From: a virus
Taxonomy: Duplodnaviria; Caudoviricetes
Direction: 5' to 3' (one strand)
Length of the DNA stretch: 64,000 bases
Virus record (IMG/VR): IMGVR_UViG_3300017911_002158
Coordinates: 32,303-96,302 of that record
Below are positions 1 to 10,226 of this stretch, piece by piece (the first letter of the stretch is position 1; every line of letters starts with the position of its first letter). Under the pieces are notes generated by a model, which saw only the letters and a program-made list of their open reading frames with translations, searched no databases and was not told the DNA's origin. The translations under genes and the position numbers were made by a program.

Positions 1-2943
1 CCTTTCTCTTTGAGATCTATCTAGAGCATCTTTTGCTCCTTGACTTAAATTAGCAGACTCTTTAAATCCTGAGAAAATACTAGCTAATAAATCAGTAGTA
101 CCAAATAAACTGTTCATAATTTTTTGAGCATCGTCAAAACCCTGTGGTAAAGAATATGTTCTTTGTTCTTGTAAGTCTTCTCGTCTTTGTATTGAGCTAA
201 CACCAGTTTCTACTGATCTTTTAAAGGCATCCGAAGCTGCTTTGTTTACAGCTTTAGAATAACTCTCTAATGCTTCACTAGAAGAGTCCAAAGATTTTTC
301 AAGTTGCTTACTAGTGCTTTCTAATTCAACGTCTTTAAGGCTATTCCCCCATGCTCTAAGAACAGCGTCTGCTAAGCTAAATCCAGCAACAACAATACCT
401 AAATTACGAGCAAATTTTTGACTTACTCCAGGAATCTGCCTTAAACTCTCAAAAGTAGCTATTCCAGTAGCCGCACCGCTAGCAAGTCCTTGCAAAGCAG
501 TATTCGTTGCCTTTGTGGTTGCAGTAGTATCTCCTATTGCTGATTCAAATGCAGTAACAGCTGCCTGGGCTGCTAATAATGCACCAATAGTGCCAGTTCC
601 AGCACTTTTTACTGGTTCAGCTATTCTTAATCCTTGCCTTCTCCATTGACGATCTGATGGATAGCCACCCCCTCGCAAACGAACAGGACCAACAGCGCCA
701 CCCTTATTAAATCCTATCTTATCTGCCTTGTTTAGTCTGTCTAATGTTTGTTCTCCGAGAGACCTAGCGGCCTTTTCATTAATTACATATTCACCAGGAG
801 TAAGTAATGCATCTACGGTGTCTCTACCACTAATAGGACCACCAGTATTTGCTCTTTTTGTTGGTTTAAAAGTTTCTCTAAAGTCAAATCCTCTTTTCTT
901 AGCTCCTCTCAACGCACTCTTCGGAGCAATCTTTTTAGATCTTCCTTCAGCTTGTAACTCTTGTTTTTTCTTTTCGTCAAGCTTTCCTGTATTATATGCA
1001 ACAAAAATTTGACCAGCATTAATATTTTTATCAATACCCATAGTATTAGATAATACATTTTGCTTTTTTCCTAGTTTATATCTTATAAGTTTGTCCAATA
1101 ATTCTGGGCCAGGAGTAAATTCTGTTCTATTTCTTACTTCTATTGGACCATATCCAGGCGCAACGACATCAACAGGAGCATTACCTCCTATCCATTGTCC
1201 TCCTAATGTAGCAGCAACTCTTTTTTCAAATTCTGTATTGCCAATTTTTGGAGATGCATCAATAGGTATTGATCTGATATTAAAATTAATTTCGTCTAAA
1301 TCATTAATTCTTTCTCCATCACGATATTGTTGTGAGGTTCCTGTTCTAGTAATTCTATTTCTAAGTGATACGCTACTAAGTTGTTCTGCTCGTACCGGAC
1401 CTCCACTATTATATTCAGGAAGTTTGCCAGTACGATTAACTCTTTCTAAGGTATCTCTGCCAATAGCTTTTACAGCAGCTTTTCTAATGACATATTCGCC
1501 TGGGGTTAATGCTGCTTCGACAGTATCATTGTTTCCAACACCAGGAACAAAACCACCAGTATTAAACCCTAAACCTTTCTTAAATCCTCTAGCAATAGAA
1601 GGAACACCACCAAGAACTTTAGCGGCACCAAGAGCAGCTAATGCTGGGATAATTGGCTTTACGGCATCAGCCACCTTAATCAATGCACTAGCAAGATCAA
1701 GACTTAATTGAATAAATTGTCTAAATTCTGATGTTTCGCCAATGCTTCTGATAAGAGCATCAAATTCTTGTTGTACTTTAGATATTTTAACAGCCAGGGT
1801 ATCTTGTCCAAGAGCAGCATCTCTAGCTAAAGAACCAGAACCCTGTTGTGCTACATTTAATGCTTGTTGGGCAGTGGTGAACTGCTGAATTAATGGGATA
1901 ACCTTGCCAACCTGACGGAAACCGCCGAGTTCTTCTACAATACCACTAAACTGTAATGATCTTGGGTCAAGACTACGTAAGCCCTTACTTAATTGTTCAA
2001 TTGCTTTGTATGGGCCAATAAATTTACCTTCTAGATCAGTGAGAGTAACACCAAAAGCCTCTAATGCTGCGATAGTGTCTTCTCTTTGTAAACGAGTAAA
2101 AATAGTTCTTAAACCAGTAGCAATAGTTTCTGCACCTTCACGAGTCGTAGCTCGAACACTAGTAAATACGGCCAAAAATTCATTAAGAGCATTTGTACCT
2201 TCGCTCACCCCCTGACTAGCGGCGGCAAACACACCACCAGCACGCTGAACAGCAGTAATAAGATCACCAGCTTCTACTGCAAAACTGCCAGCAACAGCAT
2301 TAATACTACCAAGAGCAGATTCTAGTTGGTTTGTACTAATGCTAAACTGTTTCATTAAGGCAATGCTACCTTCAACAGTTTGATTAATATCATTAAAAGT
2401 AGGGGCTAAAGTAGTCAGAGATAAAGCTCTCAATGCTTTTTCTGTTTCTCTAGCACTAAGACCAGCTTGACTAAGAGTAACAGCAACTTCAGCTAAAGAA
2501 GAGCTACTTGCGCCAAGAGATGTAGAAAGATTAGTAATCTCAGCAGACAATGCAGATAAAGACGACTTACTTGTATTTGTCACCTGAGCAATTCTAGTTA
2601 ATTGTTTATCATATTCAATAAATTTCTCTAATGATTGTTGCGTTGCTCTAGTAATAGCATAAAACCCAACAGTGGCGGCAGTAAATGCCCCGAATCGTTT
2701 AACGGCTAAACCTGCAGATTTGCCAAATTTTTCCATAGCATTTGCAGCATCATCAGCACTAGCTTTTACTTGTTTAGATTGCTGACTAATACCTTGTAAT
2801 GCTCTAGCTGTCTGAGGAGATACCTTAACATTAACATTGGCCTGAATATTGCTGAGTTGTTTTTGTATGTTATTTACAACATTATTAAGATTTTTTGGAC
2901 CTTGAAGATTTATCTGTACAGTTAAATTATAAGGTTTTGCCAT
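1..2943 (-). CDS. Tail tape measure protein (N-terminal part, runs off window)
   Basis: Starts ATG at 2943 (MAKPYNLTVQINLQGP); absent from the ORF track, presumably because it is open at the window edge; Ala-rich TP901-type core (AVAGSFAVEAGDLITAVQRAG) and two GG..G..DTV.A.LTPGEYVI motifs; lies downstream of tail tube and chaperone genes. Confidence 0.88.
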   Translation of the reverse strand, partial: MAKPYNLTVQINLQGPKNLNNVVNNIQKQLSNIQANVNVKVSPQTARALQGISQQSKQVKASADDAANAMEKFGKSAGLAVKRFGAFTAATVGFYAITRATQQSLEKFIEYDKQLTRIAQVTNTSKSSLSALSAEITNLSTSLGASSSSLAEVAVTLSQAGLSARETEKALRALSLTTLAPTFNDINQTVEGSIALMKQFSISTNQLESALGSINAVAGSFAVEAGDLITAVQRAGGVFAAASQGVSEGTNALNEFLAVFTSVRATTREGAETIATGLRTIFTRLQREDTIAALEAFGVTLTDLEGKFIGPYKAIEQLSKGLRSLDPRSLQFSGIVEELGGFRQVGKVIPLIQQFTTAQQALNVAQQGSGSLARDAALGQDTLAVKISKVQQEFDALIRSIGETSEFRQFIQLSLDLASALIKVADAVKPIIPALAALGAAKVLGGVPSIARGFKKGLGFNTGGFVPGVGNNDTVEAALTPGEYVIRKAAVKAIGRDTLERVNRTGKLPEYNSGGPVRAEQLSSVSLRNRITRTGTSQQYRDGERINDLDEINFNIRSIPIDASPKIGNTEFEKRVAATLGGQWIGGNAPVDVVAPGYGPIEVRNRTEFTPGPELLDKLIRYKLGKKQNVLSNTMGIDKNINAGQIFVAYNTGKLDEKKKQELQAEGRSKKIAPKSALRGAKKRGFDFRETFKPTKRANTGGPISGRDTVDALLTPGEYVINEKAARSLGEQTLDRLNKADKIGFNKGGAVGPVRLRGGGYPSDRQWRRQGLRIAEPVKSAGTGTIGALLAAQAAVTAFESAIGDTTATTKATNTALQGLASGAATGIATFESLRQIPGVSQKFARNLGIVVAGFSLADAVLRAWGNSLKDVELESTSKQLEKSLDSSSEALESYSKAVNKAASDAFKRSVETGVSSIQRREDLQEQRTYSLPQGFDDAQKIMNSLFGTTDLLASIFSGFKESANLSQGAKDALDRSQRER

Positions 2944-2962
2944 AATTTATTCCCTTAAAACA

Positions 2963-2994
2963 AAAGACACTATACCAAGAAGGTATAGTGCCCT
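2963..2994 (-). terminator. Hairpin, possible partial terminator upstream of tape measure gene
   Basis: CACTATACC-aagaa-GGTATAGTG inverted repeat followed by a T-rich tract on the minus strand. Confidence 0.5.
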
Positions 2995-3024
2995 TGTTGA
3001 AAAAATACTAAGTTACCAATACTG

Positions 3025-3900
3025 CTATGTTGACAATGCTTCAGAATCCTCCTGGGATTGTTTTGATGTCTTTTTTTTAGGTTTCTCATTTGAAGCAACT
3101 TCTTTTTCCATAGTAATAGGTTTGCCATCATCATCCAGGAATGGCTTAAATTCAACGACATAATCGCCTTCATCGTCTACCCTGTTGCCGTCTTTATCGA
3201 CATATTCACCATTGTCATTAATATATCGACCATTCTCATCAACAAGCCTACCCTCTGAATCTGTGAATTTACCTTGTTTGTTAATAAATCTTAAGTTTTC
3301 GTCAACAAACTTATATTCTTTAAGAAACTTATTTTCAGGCAAACTTTTCTCATAATCATCATCTAATCCATATAGTTTTGATGCCAATATTTGTGCTGCT
3401 TTAATAGCAATAGGATCTGCTGATTTATTCAAATATTCTTCATAATTTGCAAAATAAGCTTTCTTACTGTCTGAATACACCAAACAAACAGATACCAAGT
3501 AATTAAATCTAGCATTATCAGCCTGTCCTTCTGCGGTATTGTTGTCCAAATTAGTTCTAGAGCTAATTAATTCTCTTAGTTCATCTCGTAGATTTCTCAT
3601 TTCAAGAGCGATGGATTTAGCTTTTTGTAGGCTAATTCCACCCTTAGCTAATGATTGCTCGTTACCTAAAAGCTGATGCTGAATAGTATTCATTTTCATC
3701 TCTTTTTGATCATCCCATAATCCCTGTTCTTTTAGTAGATCATTTAGCCTGCCTCGGACAATACAGCCTGATTTTACAGCATCCGAGAAAGCCTGGTTAT
3801 AAACCTTTTGCGCCTCTCTTTGGTCCTTAAAAGATGGAGACTTAATAAGAAATTCTGTTTTATTCCCATCAATTTCCATAACAAAAGAATCTTCACTCAT
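3025..3900 (-). CDS. Putative tail assembly chaperone
   Basis: Between tail tube and tape measure genes; RBS (AAGGAG) supports MSEDSF start at 3900; C-terminal DxxG repeats. Confidence 0.5.
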   Translation of the reverse strand: MSEDSFVMEIDGNKTEFLIKSPSFKDQREAQKVYNQAFSDAVKSGCIVRGRLNDLLKEQGLWDDQKEMKMNTIQHQLLGNEQSLAKGGISLQKAKSIALEMRNLRDELRELISSRTNLDNNTAEGQADNARFNYLVSVCLVYSDSKKAYFANYEEYLNKSADPIAIKAAQILASKLYGLDDDYEKSLPENKFLKEYKFVDENLRFINKQGKFTDSEGRLVDENGRYINDNGEYVDKDGNRVDDEGDYVVEFKPFLDDDGKPITMEKEVASNEKPKKKTSKQSQEDSEALST

Positions 3901-3913
3901 AATATTTTTCTCC

Positions 3914-4225
3914 TTATTTCTTTGAATTGACACATTTCATAGTACATGATTCTGTATATGCTACATTTGATCTATTTTCATTTTGTATAAATTTTCTTAA
4001 ATCTGTTAAAGCTGCTCTCATTTGAAAATTACAATGGTCCAATATGTCATCCCTCAAGTCTTGCCAAATCTGTCTGTTATCTGATTGCTCAATAGAAATC
4101 ATCTCCTTATTATGTCCCCATGTAAAACCCAAATAATCCTCGATTCTTGCTAAAGATCCTATCATTGTTGTTTGAAATCTTTTTTCTATAGATAGAGCTA
4201 AGTATTCTACTTCTTCTGGTTTCAT
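3914..4225 (-). CDS. Hypothetical tail-module protein
   Basis: 103 aa ORF coupled to neighbours. Confidence 0.6.
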   Translation of the reverse strand: MKPEEVEYLALSIEKRFQTTMIGSLARIEDYLGFTWGHNKEMISIEQSDNRQIWQDLRDDILDHCNFQMRAALTDLRKFIQNENRSNVAYTESCTMKCVNSKK

Positions 4226-5271
4226 TTATTTGGTACTCCTTGTTTTTGATTTTGATAAATCTTAGACTGTATTTCCTGTTTAATGAAAGGAATATCCCTC
4301 CATTTCATAGATTCTCCTTCTTTTAGTCCGTTGTTACGAACAGCAGAAACTAACTGTTTTCCTCTATGGTCATTCAAATCGTCAATAGCTGCTGCTTCCT
4401 TCTGGTCTCGTGTAATAACGTACACGAACTCGTGACCACCTACTTTACCCCGAACTTTGTCTAAAGCCTCATTTTTTTTCTTATTGTGTTTATTCTTTTC
4501 TTTTTGATATAAAAACCATCCGTCTAAAGCATCAGGGTCAGATATTATTTCTTCTTCTGGACATTCTGGATGCTGTCTAACATTATCATACATTTTTTGT
4601 AAAGAGAGTAGATTGGCCTGATCGTCATTAAAATGAATAGAAGGACCAAAAATATTGTCTTGACATAAATATCTTTTCCATGCATCGGACATACATATTG
4701 CTCTTAAGTCTTCTGCAGTAATCTGGTGTTTTTCTATTTCATTAGCAATGCTTTTTAAAAGTACAGGATCCATTTTGTAGTAATCTTTTTCAAATACTGG
4801 TCTACCGTCTAGAGTTAATGTGCATTGAGATATTAAGAACTGATTTTTAATATTTTTAGCAAAAAAATCTAAAGTTAAATAATCTAAGCTGTGTTTTTTA
4901 GAGAGTAGTTCATTTTGATAATCTCTAAGAACTTTAAGCTCAGTTTTTGCCTCTTTGTTTATAGTATCATTTGAATAGTTTTGATATAATCTAATTTTTA
5001 TTTTATTTATATGTTCTTCTATTCCATCTAGCTTTTCTTGTTCTTGATGAGACCATATTTCATTATGAATCAATATTTTTTCTAGTTGTGCAGAATTCAG
5101 GTATTCTGTGTCAAATCTAGAATCCTGCATTAAAGAGACATAAAGCTGTTCTGCTTCGTATTTCTTTTGAATGTCTGGATATATAATTTTATATTTTTGA
5201 TCATTTACTCGTATTTCAAAATATCCTGTAATAATACGATAAAATTTTAGATCTGTTAAGTAATTATCCAC
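4222..5271 (-). CDS. Hypothetical tail-module protein (coiled-coil, chaperone-like)
   Basis: 349 aa ORF, synteny only. Confidence 0.5.
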   Translation of the reverse strand: MDNYLTDLKFYRIITGYFEIRVNDQKYKIIYPDIQKKYEAEQLYVSLMQDSRFDTEYLNSAQLEKILIHNEIWSHQEQEKLDGIEEHINKIKIRLYQNYSNDTINKEAKTELKVLRDYQNELLSKKHSLDYLTLDFFAKNIKNQFLISQCTLTLDGRPVFEKDYYKMDPVLLKSIANEIEKHQITAEDLRAICMSDAWKRYLCQDNIFGPSIHFNDDQANLLSLQKMYDNVRQHPECPEEEIISDPDALDGWFLYQKEKNKHNKKKNEALDKVRGKVGGHEFVYVITRDQKEAAAIDDLNDHRGKQLVSAVRNNGLKEGESMKWRDIPFIKQEIQSKIYQNQKQGVPNK

Positions 5272-6135
5272 TTATTTAAGCTCTATTATCCTTTTTAGTC
5301 CATTTAGAAATCCACCGGGAGAGAATAAACCAGATTCATAGTAATCATATGTTGATTTATAAGTATAAGAAATTTGTTGAATATCTCCATCGACTGTTGC
5401 CCCATCTAAACTTATGTTTTCTAAATATCCACTAGGAATTCCTCCACTAGCAGCAACTTCTGGGCCTTCGCAACCATCATACACACCACTTCCTTTTAAT
5501 GCATAGTTTTTTAATGTTTGACTATTTGGAATTCTTGTAACTGTTGAGCTAGTTTCTATTGGATATTTTATACAAATATGAGTAGGTGGTGCTATGCCAG
5601 GACTATATAATAATTCTCTATTAATTGAACAAGACGATTCAAATGCTGTTTGTCCACTTTCTAAAATCCCTGTATAACAAGCTCTTGTTGCTCCTATGTC
5701 GCTGATTCTCCCTGTTTCATCTGGAGGAGAAGAGAAAGATCCAGATTCTATATTTGTATGGCCTAGTGACATGTATGTTATTATCTTTTGACCAAATTGA
5801 TCTGTAGATATGCTACTTTTTGTTCCTGCTAATAGACATCCACTAAATATGATATTTCTATAAGAATAATCTTCCGACCATCTCTGTATTTCAATTATTC
5901 CAGTACTATTAAACAAAGCACAGTCTTGAGGATATATAAAAGAGCCATCGCTCAAGCTAGTTATATCAATAGTTATATTTTTTGCTTTGGAAATGACATG
6001 TTCAGTTCCAGTATTGTGTATAGAAACAAAATCTAGTCCAGTATCACCTTTTACGGCTACGCTCTGGACTAGACTTTGTGTTACGCCATCAATCTTGACA
6101 GAAACTTCATGAAATTGATAACAATATTGACCCAT
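5272..6135 (-). CDS. Tail tube-like protein 2 (diverged paralog of 6158-7057)
   Basis: Colinear motifs shared with the upstream gene (QSV, GCxL, RE..F/Y..G, F/YP.E, DG..YTY). Confidence 0.55.
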   Translation of the reverse strand: MGQYCYQFHEVSVKIDGVTQSLVQSVAVKGDTGLDFVSIHNTGTEHVISKAKNITIDITSLSDGSFIYPQDCALFNSTGIIEIQRWSEDYSYRNIIFSGCLLAGTKSSISTDQFGQKIITYMSLGHTNIESGSFSSPPDETGRISDIGATRACYTGILESGQTAFESSCSINRELLYSPGIAPPTHICIKYPIETSSTVTRIPNSQTLKNYALKGSGVYDGCEGPEVAASGGIPSGYLENISLDGATVDGDIQQISYTYKSTYDYYESGLFSPGGFLNGLKRIIELK

Positions 6136-6157
6136 AAGCTATCTACCGCTTAAGAGA

Positions 6158-7057
6158 TTAGGCTAAACTTTCTGCAACATCAAGAGTGTTATAGGTAGTA
6201 TATGTATAAGTCGTACTAGCATTACCACCACCAGTATCACCACCATCTTGAGCAACAGCGCTTAGTCTACAGCCACTCATGGTAAATGTATAGCCTGGAT
6301 CTGCTGAATCTTGATTGCTATCACACACATAAACGGTAATGGTTTGTTGGCTTGGTAGATCACCAAGACCAGTACAAGTAACACCATCAAGATTTACAAC
6401 ACTTGTGTCAACTGTAGTGTTAGCAACTGTAAATTCTACAGTAACTTCAAATGGAAAGTTTGCAAAACGATGGTATGGTCTAAAATTACCTAGTTTAAAC
6501 ATAGCCTCTCGTCCAAGGTCGGTGCTAATGCTAATATTTGTAACATTTTCTGACTCATGCACACCGCTCCAACTCACATGATGACGATATGCATTGTCTG
6601 CTGCTGTTGCAGTTGGTGGGTTAACAGTACCTTCGGTGCTCTTATTATCTGTAATCCAACTAATTTCTTCTGTAGCAAATCCATCACTTGGGAAGGTGTA
6701 AGAAAGACTACTAAGGTAACAGCCCGTCATTGTTGTGACAGTTTGCGAGCCAGTCTCTAGAGCAAGCGCAGATTCATCTGTGTTACTGGCCACAACAATA
6801 GGAACACGAGTATCTCCGTAACTTCCAACATTTCCACCGCCCATAAGGCCAAACATAGTGGAATTGCCATCCAAATTCTTGCTGGCTGTAATTGTGACTT
6901 CACCATCAGTAACAATATTGTCATAAACAGCTAGTCTACCTAGCTGGAAAGCTTGTTCTAAGCTATAATTAATGCTAATACCAACGCTTTGGGCACCTTC
7001 TACAGTAGTGCCACTTACACTCAAGCCTTGGGAAGCAAAGTAAACTCTATTGGCCAT
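6158..7057 (-). CDS. Major tail tube protein
   Basis: 299 aa, Thr/Ser/Gly beta-rich, strong RBS, own upstream late motif, lies after tail completion genes. Confidence 0.7.
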   Translation of the reverse strand: MANRVYFASQGLSVSGTTVEGAQSVGISINYSLEQAFQLGRLAVYDNIVTDGEVTITASKNLDGNSTMFGLMGGGNVGSYGDTRVPIVVASNTDESALALETGSQTVTTMTGCYLSSLSYTFPSDGFATEEISWITDNKSTEGTVNPPTATAADNAYRHHVSWSGVHESENVTNISISTDLGREAMFKLGNFRPYHRFANFPFEVTVEFTVANTTVDTSVVNLDGVTCTGLGDLPSQQTITVYVCDSNQDSADPGYTFTMSGCRLSAVAQDGGDTGGGNASTTYTYTTYNTLDVAESLA

Positions 7058-7108
7058 AGTATTTTCTCCGTTTTTGAAAGGGTAAACGTTATTATTAATT
7101 ACACTAAA

Positions 7109-8077
7109 TTAGGAATTTTGCAATAAAATTAGCTCATTAGTCATTTCTATTGTTGATCCGTATAATTCAATGCCATAAAACTGCATATCTGAAACAGTAA
7201 TATTTTTAAATCTACATGTCATCCACTTATAGTCAGTATTTGATAGTATTTGATCATATTCTAATCCACTAGGATTTATGCTACCATCAAAATTTAATCG
7301 ATAAGTTCCTGATTCTACTAATTTATTCAGATCATAAAGATCTATAGTTCTAGTGCTTTGTCTGTTTAAAATGTCATTAATTTTATCTCTGTCAGATTTA
7401 TTTTCAGCAATTACATGCAATAAAATCTTTTGATCAGAAATTAGACTGTGATCTCCTAGTCTCCAGGGGGTATTTTTGCTTCTGTTAACAGACTCCACAA
7501 TAATAGTGGGAAGTTGTGTGCGATGTTCAGAAGGAATAGCAAAATCTCCGCTAGTAAAATAGTTATTGCTAAAATGAGATGGATCAAAGGATTTTTGTTG
7601 TAAACTTTTCCATATTGGTGATTTATTGGCAACTTGCACATCAAATAATTTATAACTATATGATGCTGTTACTTTAGAAGTTCGTGAAATTTCTTGATCA
7701 AAAAGGATAGAGCCTTCTTTATAGTTGATAGTATATCCTATGGTAGAATTTCCGGTAGGAGATGGATAAAAAGAACTTCCAGAAACACCACTTACTGTAA
7801 TACCACTAAAAGAAATTGGGCTATAATCAACTCCAGTCACATTTTCATAAATCCAATTTTTTCTAGGAGACTGCCATAGGGTATAATCTGTATAATTATC
7901 ATTCTCAAAAGGTCTAAGCTCGCTCATATTCGAACCATAAAGATTAGATACAGACTCATGAACATTTCCAAACGCCCCTATTTTCAATAGACCATCCTCT
8001 AGAAAAGAAACAATATTGTTTTCTAGTTGTGTCGTTAAAGTATTAGCGCTATATTTATCTATGCCTATAAAACTCAT
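7109..8077 (-). CDS. Putative tail terminator/completion protein
   Basis: Start MSFIGID overlaps the upstream stop; LPTIIVES motif; synteny. Confidence 0.5.
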   Translation of the reverse strand: MSFIGIDKYSANTLTTQLENNIVSFLEDGLLKIGAFGNVHESVSNLYGSNMSELRPFENDNYTDYTLWQSPRKNWIYENVTGVDYSPISFSGITVSGVSGSSFYPSPTGNSTIGYTINYKEGSILFDQEISRTSKVTASYSYKLFDVQVANKSPIWKSLQQKSFDPSHFSNNYFTSGDFAIPSEHRTQLPTIIVESVNRSKNTPWRLGDHSLISDQKILLHVIAENKSDRDKINDILNRQSTRTIDLYDLNKLVESGTYRLNFDGSINPSGLEYDQILSNTDYKWMTCRFKNITVSDMQFYGIELYGSTIEMTNELILLQNS

Positions 8078-8721
8078 AGTGTTTGTTTCACGATCTTGTT
8101 CATGTATGATTCTATTTCTGGTAATGCAGAATCTACGCCTCTTGTAATCCAATTATCTGATTGTGTGCCAGCAAATTCTGGTGGCACTCTATAAACAGCA
8201 GATTCTCCACCAACCATAATACCCCTGCCAGTTCTAGATCTAGGATCTAATTTGGGTAAATACCTATATCCTATAATTACACTATTTTGGCCTTCTAACA
8301 GAAGCCACCTAAGCCAATCTATTTTCGATCCATTTTCTGTGGTATAAACACCAGCATTAGAAGATACTATTTCACTAAAGTCTTCTTTAATCATATTCAC
8401 AATAAAAGTTGCCTCAATAGAGCTTCCCTTAGTTTTTGCTTTAGATATTTTTATTTGAATATCGTCTAATTCTGATAAAATTGCATCCACTACAGAAGTA
8501 TTTGCCAGTCCAAATTGATTGCGTAAAGAACCAGATTTTAATGATATATATTCTGGTTGACTTCTAATGTTCCTTATAACTATATTTCTAATCTCGGTCT
8601 CGGCTACATTTAATTTTGTAAATAAATTTGTATTAATGGATTTAGCAATACTGTCTAAGATATATTTTTTAAAATTATCAATATTGCCAAGAAGTTTGGA
8701 AAAAATTTTGATATTACTCAT
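8074..8721 (-). CDS. Putative neck/tail completion protein
   Basis: WLLLEG...GTQSDNWITR resembles gp10-type neck proteins; synteny. Confidence 0.45.
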   Translation of the reverse strand: MSNIKIFSKLLGNIDNFKKYILDSIAKSINTNLFTKLNVAETEIRNIVIRNIRSQPEYISLKSGSLRNQFGLANTSVVDAILSELDDIQIKISKAKTKGSSIEATFIVNMIKEDFSEIVSSNAGVYTTENGSKIDWLRWLLLEGQNSVIIGYRYLPKLDPRSRTGRGIMVGGESAVYRVPPEFAGTQSDNWITRGVDSALPEIESYMNKIVKQTL

Positions 8722-9224
8722 CAGGCCATTTTCCAGTAAGTAAACAGATAATCATTACTGCCCAATCCTATTGGTTGAGGTTCTGAATCTCTGATGTACT
8801 CATTAGATGGAATGTATCCTATACTTGTATCAACTATCAAAGTATTAGCCTTTTGTATCTTTTGTAGATCTATAAATTTAGAAATGGTTTGTATCATACC
8901 TTCTGGTATATTAGTATTTGTATTAAAATTAATCCATTTTTTATAATCATGAATAACTAATAAATCTATTGTATCTTCACTAATATTGTACTTAAATCCG
9001 ACACCGTTGCAAACTGGGCATAATTGACCGTAAGGAAAATTAATATCTCCTCCTGTTTTATATCTTCCACTAGATTTTCCAGTAATAGGATCTATTATAC
9101 AGTTCGGGCATTTACTTTTCTTTTTATCTTTAGATATCAGTTTACATGGTAAAGATAGACCATTTTCTCCAAACATAGAATCTATCTGATCTTTAAAAAG
9201 CTTTTTAAATGTAGAGTTAATCAT
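8721..9224 (-). CDS. Putative head closure/neck protein with two CxxC motifs
   Basis: CPNC and CPVCNGVG; synteny. Confidence 0.45.
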   Translation of the reverse strand: MINSTFKKLFKDQIDSMFGENGLSLPCKLISKDKKKSKCPNCIIDPITGKSSGRYKTGGDINFPYGQLCPVCNGVGFKYNISEDTIDLLVIHDYKKWINFNTNTNIPEGMIQTISKFIDLQKIQKANTLIVDTSIGYIPSNEYIRDSEPQPIGLGSNDYLFTYWKMA

Positions 9225-9628
9225 TAGCTATCCGATACAGTAGCAATGCCTTGAATAATTTTTTGAGTATTTCCACCTGAAGAAATAAGCCTAATGAAAT
9301 AATATTGATTACCTAAAGGAATTCTGGATGTGTGTTTAACTGGAATATTGATAGTTACTCTGGCAGTGTCATAGTCTATATCTATCATTCTATTTTGAGT
9401 AGATAAAAATAATAAATCTACATTACTAGTAGAAGATGATCTAATTGCCATATTTATAGAATAGCCATCTAGATCTGCTGCTGCACTATTGTATTTTAAA
9501 TCAAATATCATAGTAAAAGTTTGACCTCTTACTATAGAAATATTATTAGAAGAAGATAATAGGCAAGATCCACCAGGATCTGTATCTGGAAAATCTATAA
9601 CATTAATATTAGTAATACAAAAAGCCAT
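9224..9628 (-). CDS. BppU-like beta-sandwich virion protein
   Basis: IVRGQTF...DLDGYS...IIQG pattern, shared with 20562-20969. Confidence 0.5.
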   Translation of the reverse strand: MAFCITNINVIDFPDTDPGGSCLLSSSNNISIVRGQTFTMIFDLKYNSAAADLDGYSINMAIRSSSTSNVDLLFLSTQNRMIDIDYDTARVTINIPVKHTSRIPLGNQYYFIRLISSGGNTQKIIQGIATVSDS

Positions 9629-9635
9629 AATTCAC

Positions 9636-10175
9636 CTAGCTGTAAAATCTGTCGATACCACCGTTTCGAGAAAGGCCACCATAATAAGAAGTAAGATTGG
9701 TCGGATCAAATTTATTGCCAACAAAAGGACTTAGCACTGCCTGTACAACACTTGGATTACCAATTTCAAATTCTTGGCGAAGTTGTGAATACATTCCACA
9801 AGGGCCAACATCTAAAAGATCTTTGTATCCTTTTAAGTTTCCAGCAACATGCAAGGTTGCTGATGCAAGGCTGGTCTTAATGCCCTCATTTACAGCTTTT
9901 GTTCTGTATGTGCTTTGATCCAAAATACAAGCTGCTTTGAGGGCTACCAGAGCAATAAAGTCATTATCATTTACGCTATCAGAAGTTGGATCAGGAGTTA
10001 TACTGATATTTACAACATCAACACTATAATTAGTCGAAAAAGAAACTTCACGAAGAACATTTTGAGCAGCAACTGTTACTACCTGAAGCATTCTATCGTC
10101 AGAGTATGTTGGATTAGAGTCAAGATCATTAATCCAAACCCTAGTAATAATAGGAATTTCTAATTGCCATGACAT
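9636..10175 (-). CDS. Putative head-tail adaptor
   Basis: Helical N-terminus (RVWINDL..YSDD.ML), synteny. Confidence 0.5.
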   Translation of the reverse strand: MSWQLEIPIITRVWINDLDSNPTYSDDRMLQVVTVAAQNVLREVSFSTNYSVDVVNISITPDPTSDSVNDNDFIALVALKAACILDQSTYRTKAVNEGIKTSLASATLHVAGNLKGYKDLLDVGPCGMYSQLRQEFEIGNPSVVQAVLSPFVGNKFDPTNLTSYYGGLSRNGGIDRFYS

Positions 10176-10226
10176 ATTTTTACCCTCTTGACTTGAAAAT
10201 CTAAAGTAATATACACCATATACTGA

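Noticed and set aside
728-2215. Plus-strand ORFs 728-1012, 1091-1711 and 2006-2215
   Set aside because: Antisense shadows of the tape measure gene; the same applies to most opposite-strand ORFs in the track
3025-5271. Programmed frameshift in tail chaperone genes
   Set aside because: No convincing slippery site found, and each ORF has its own plausible start
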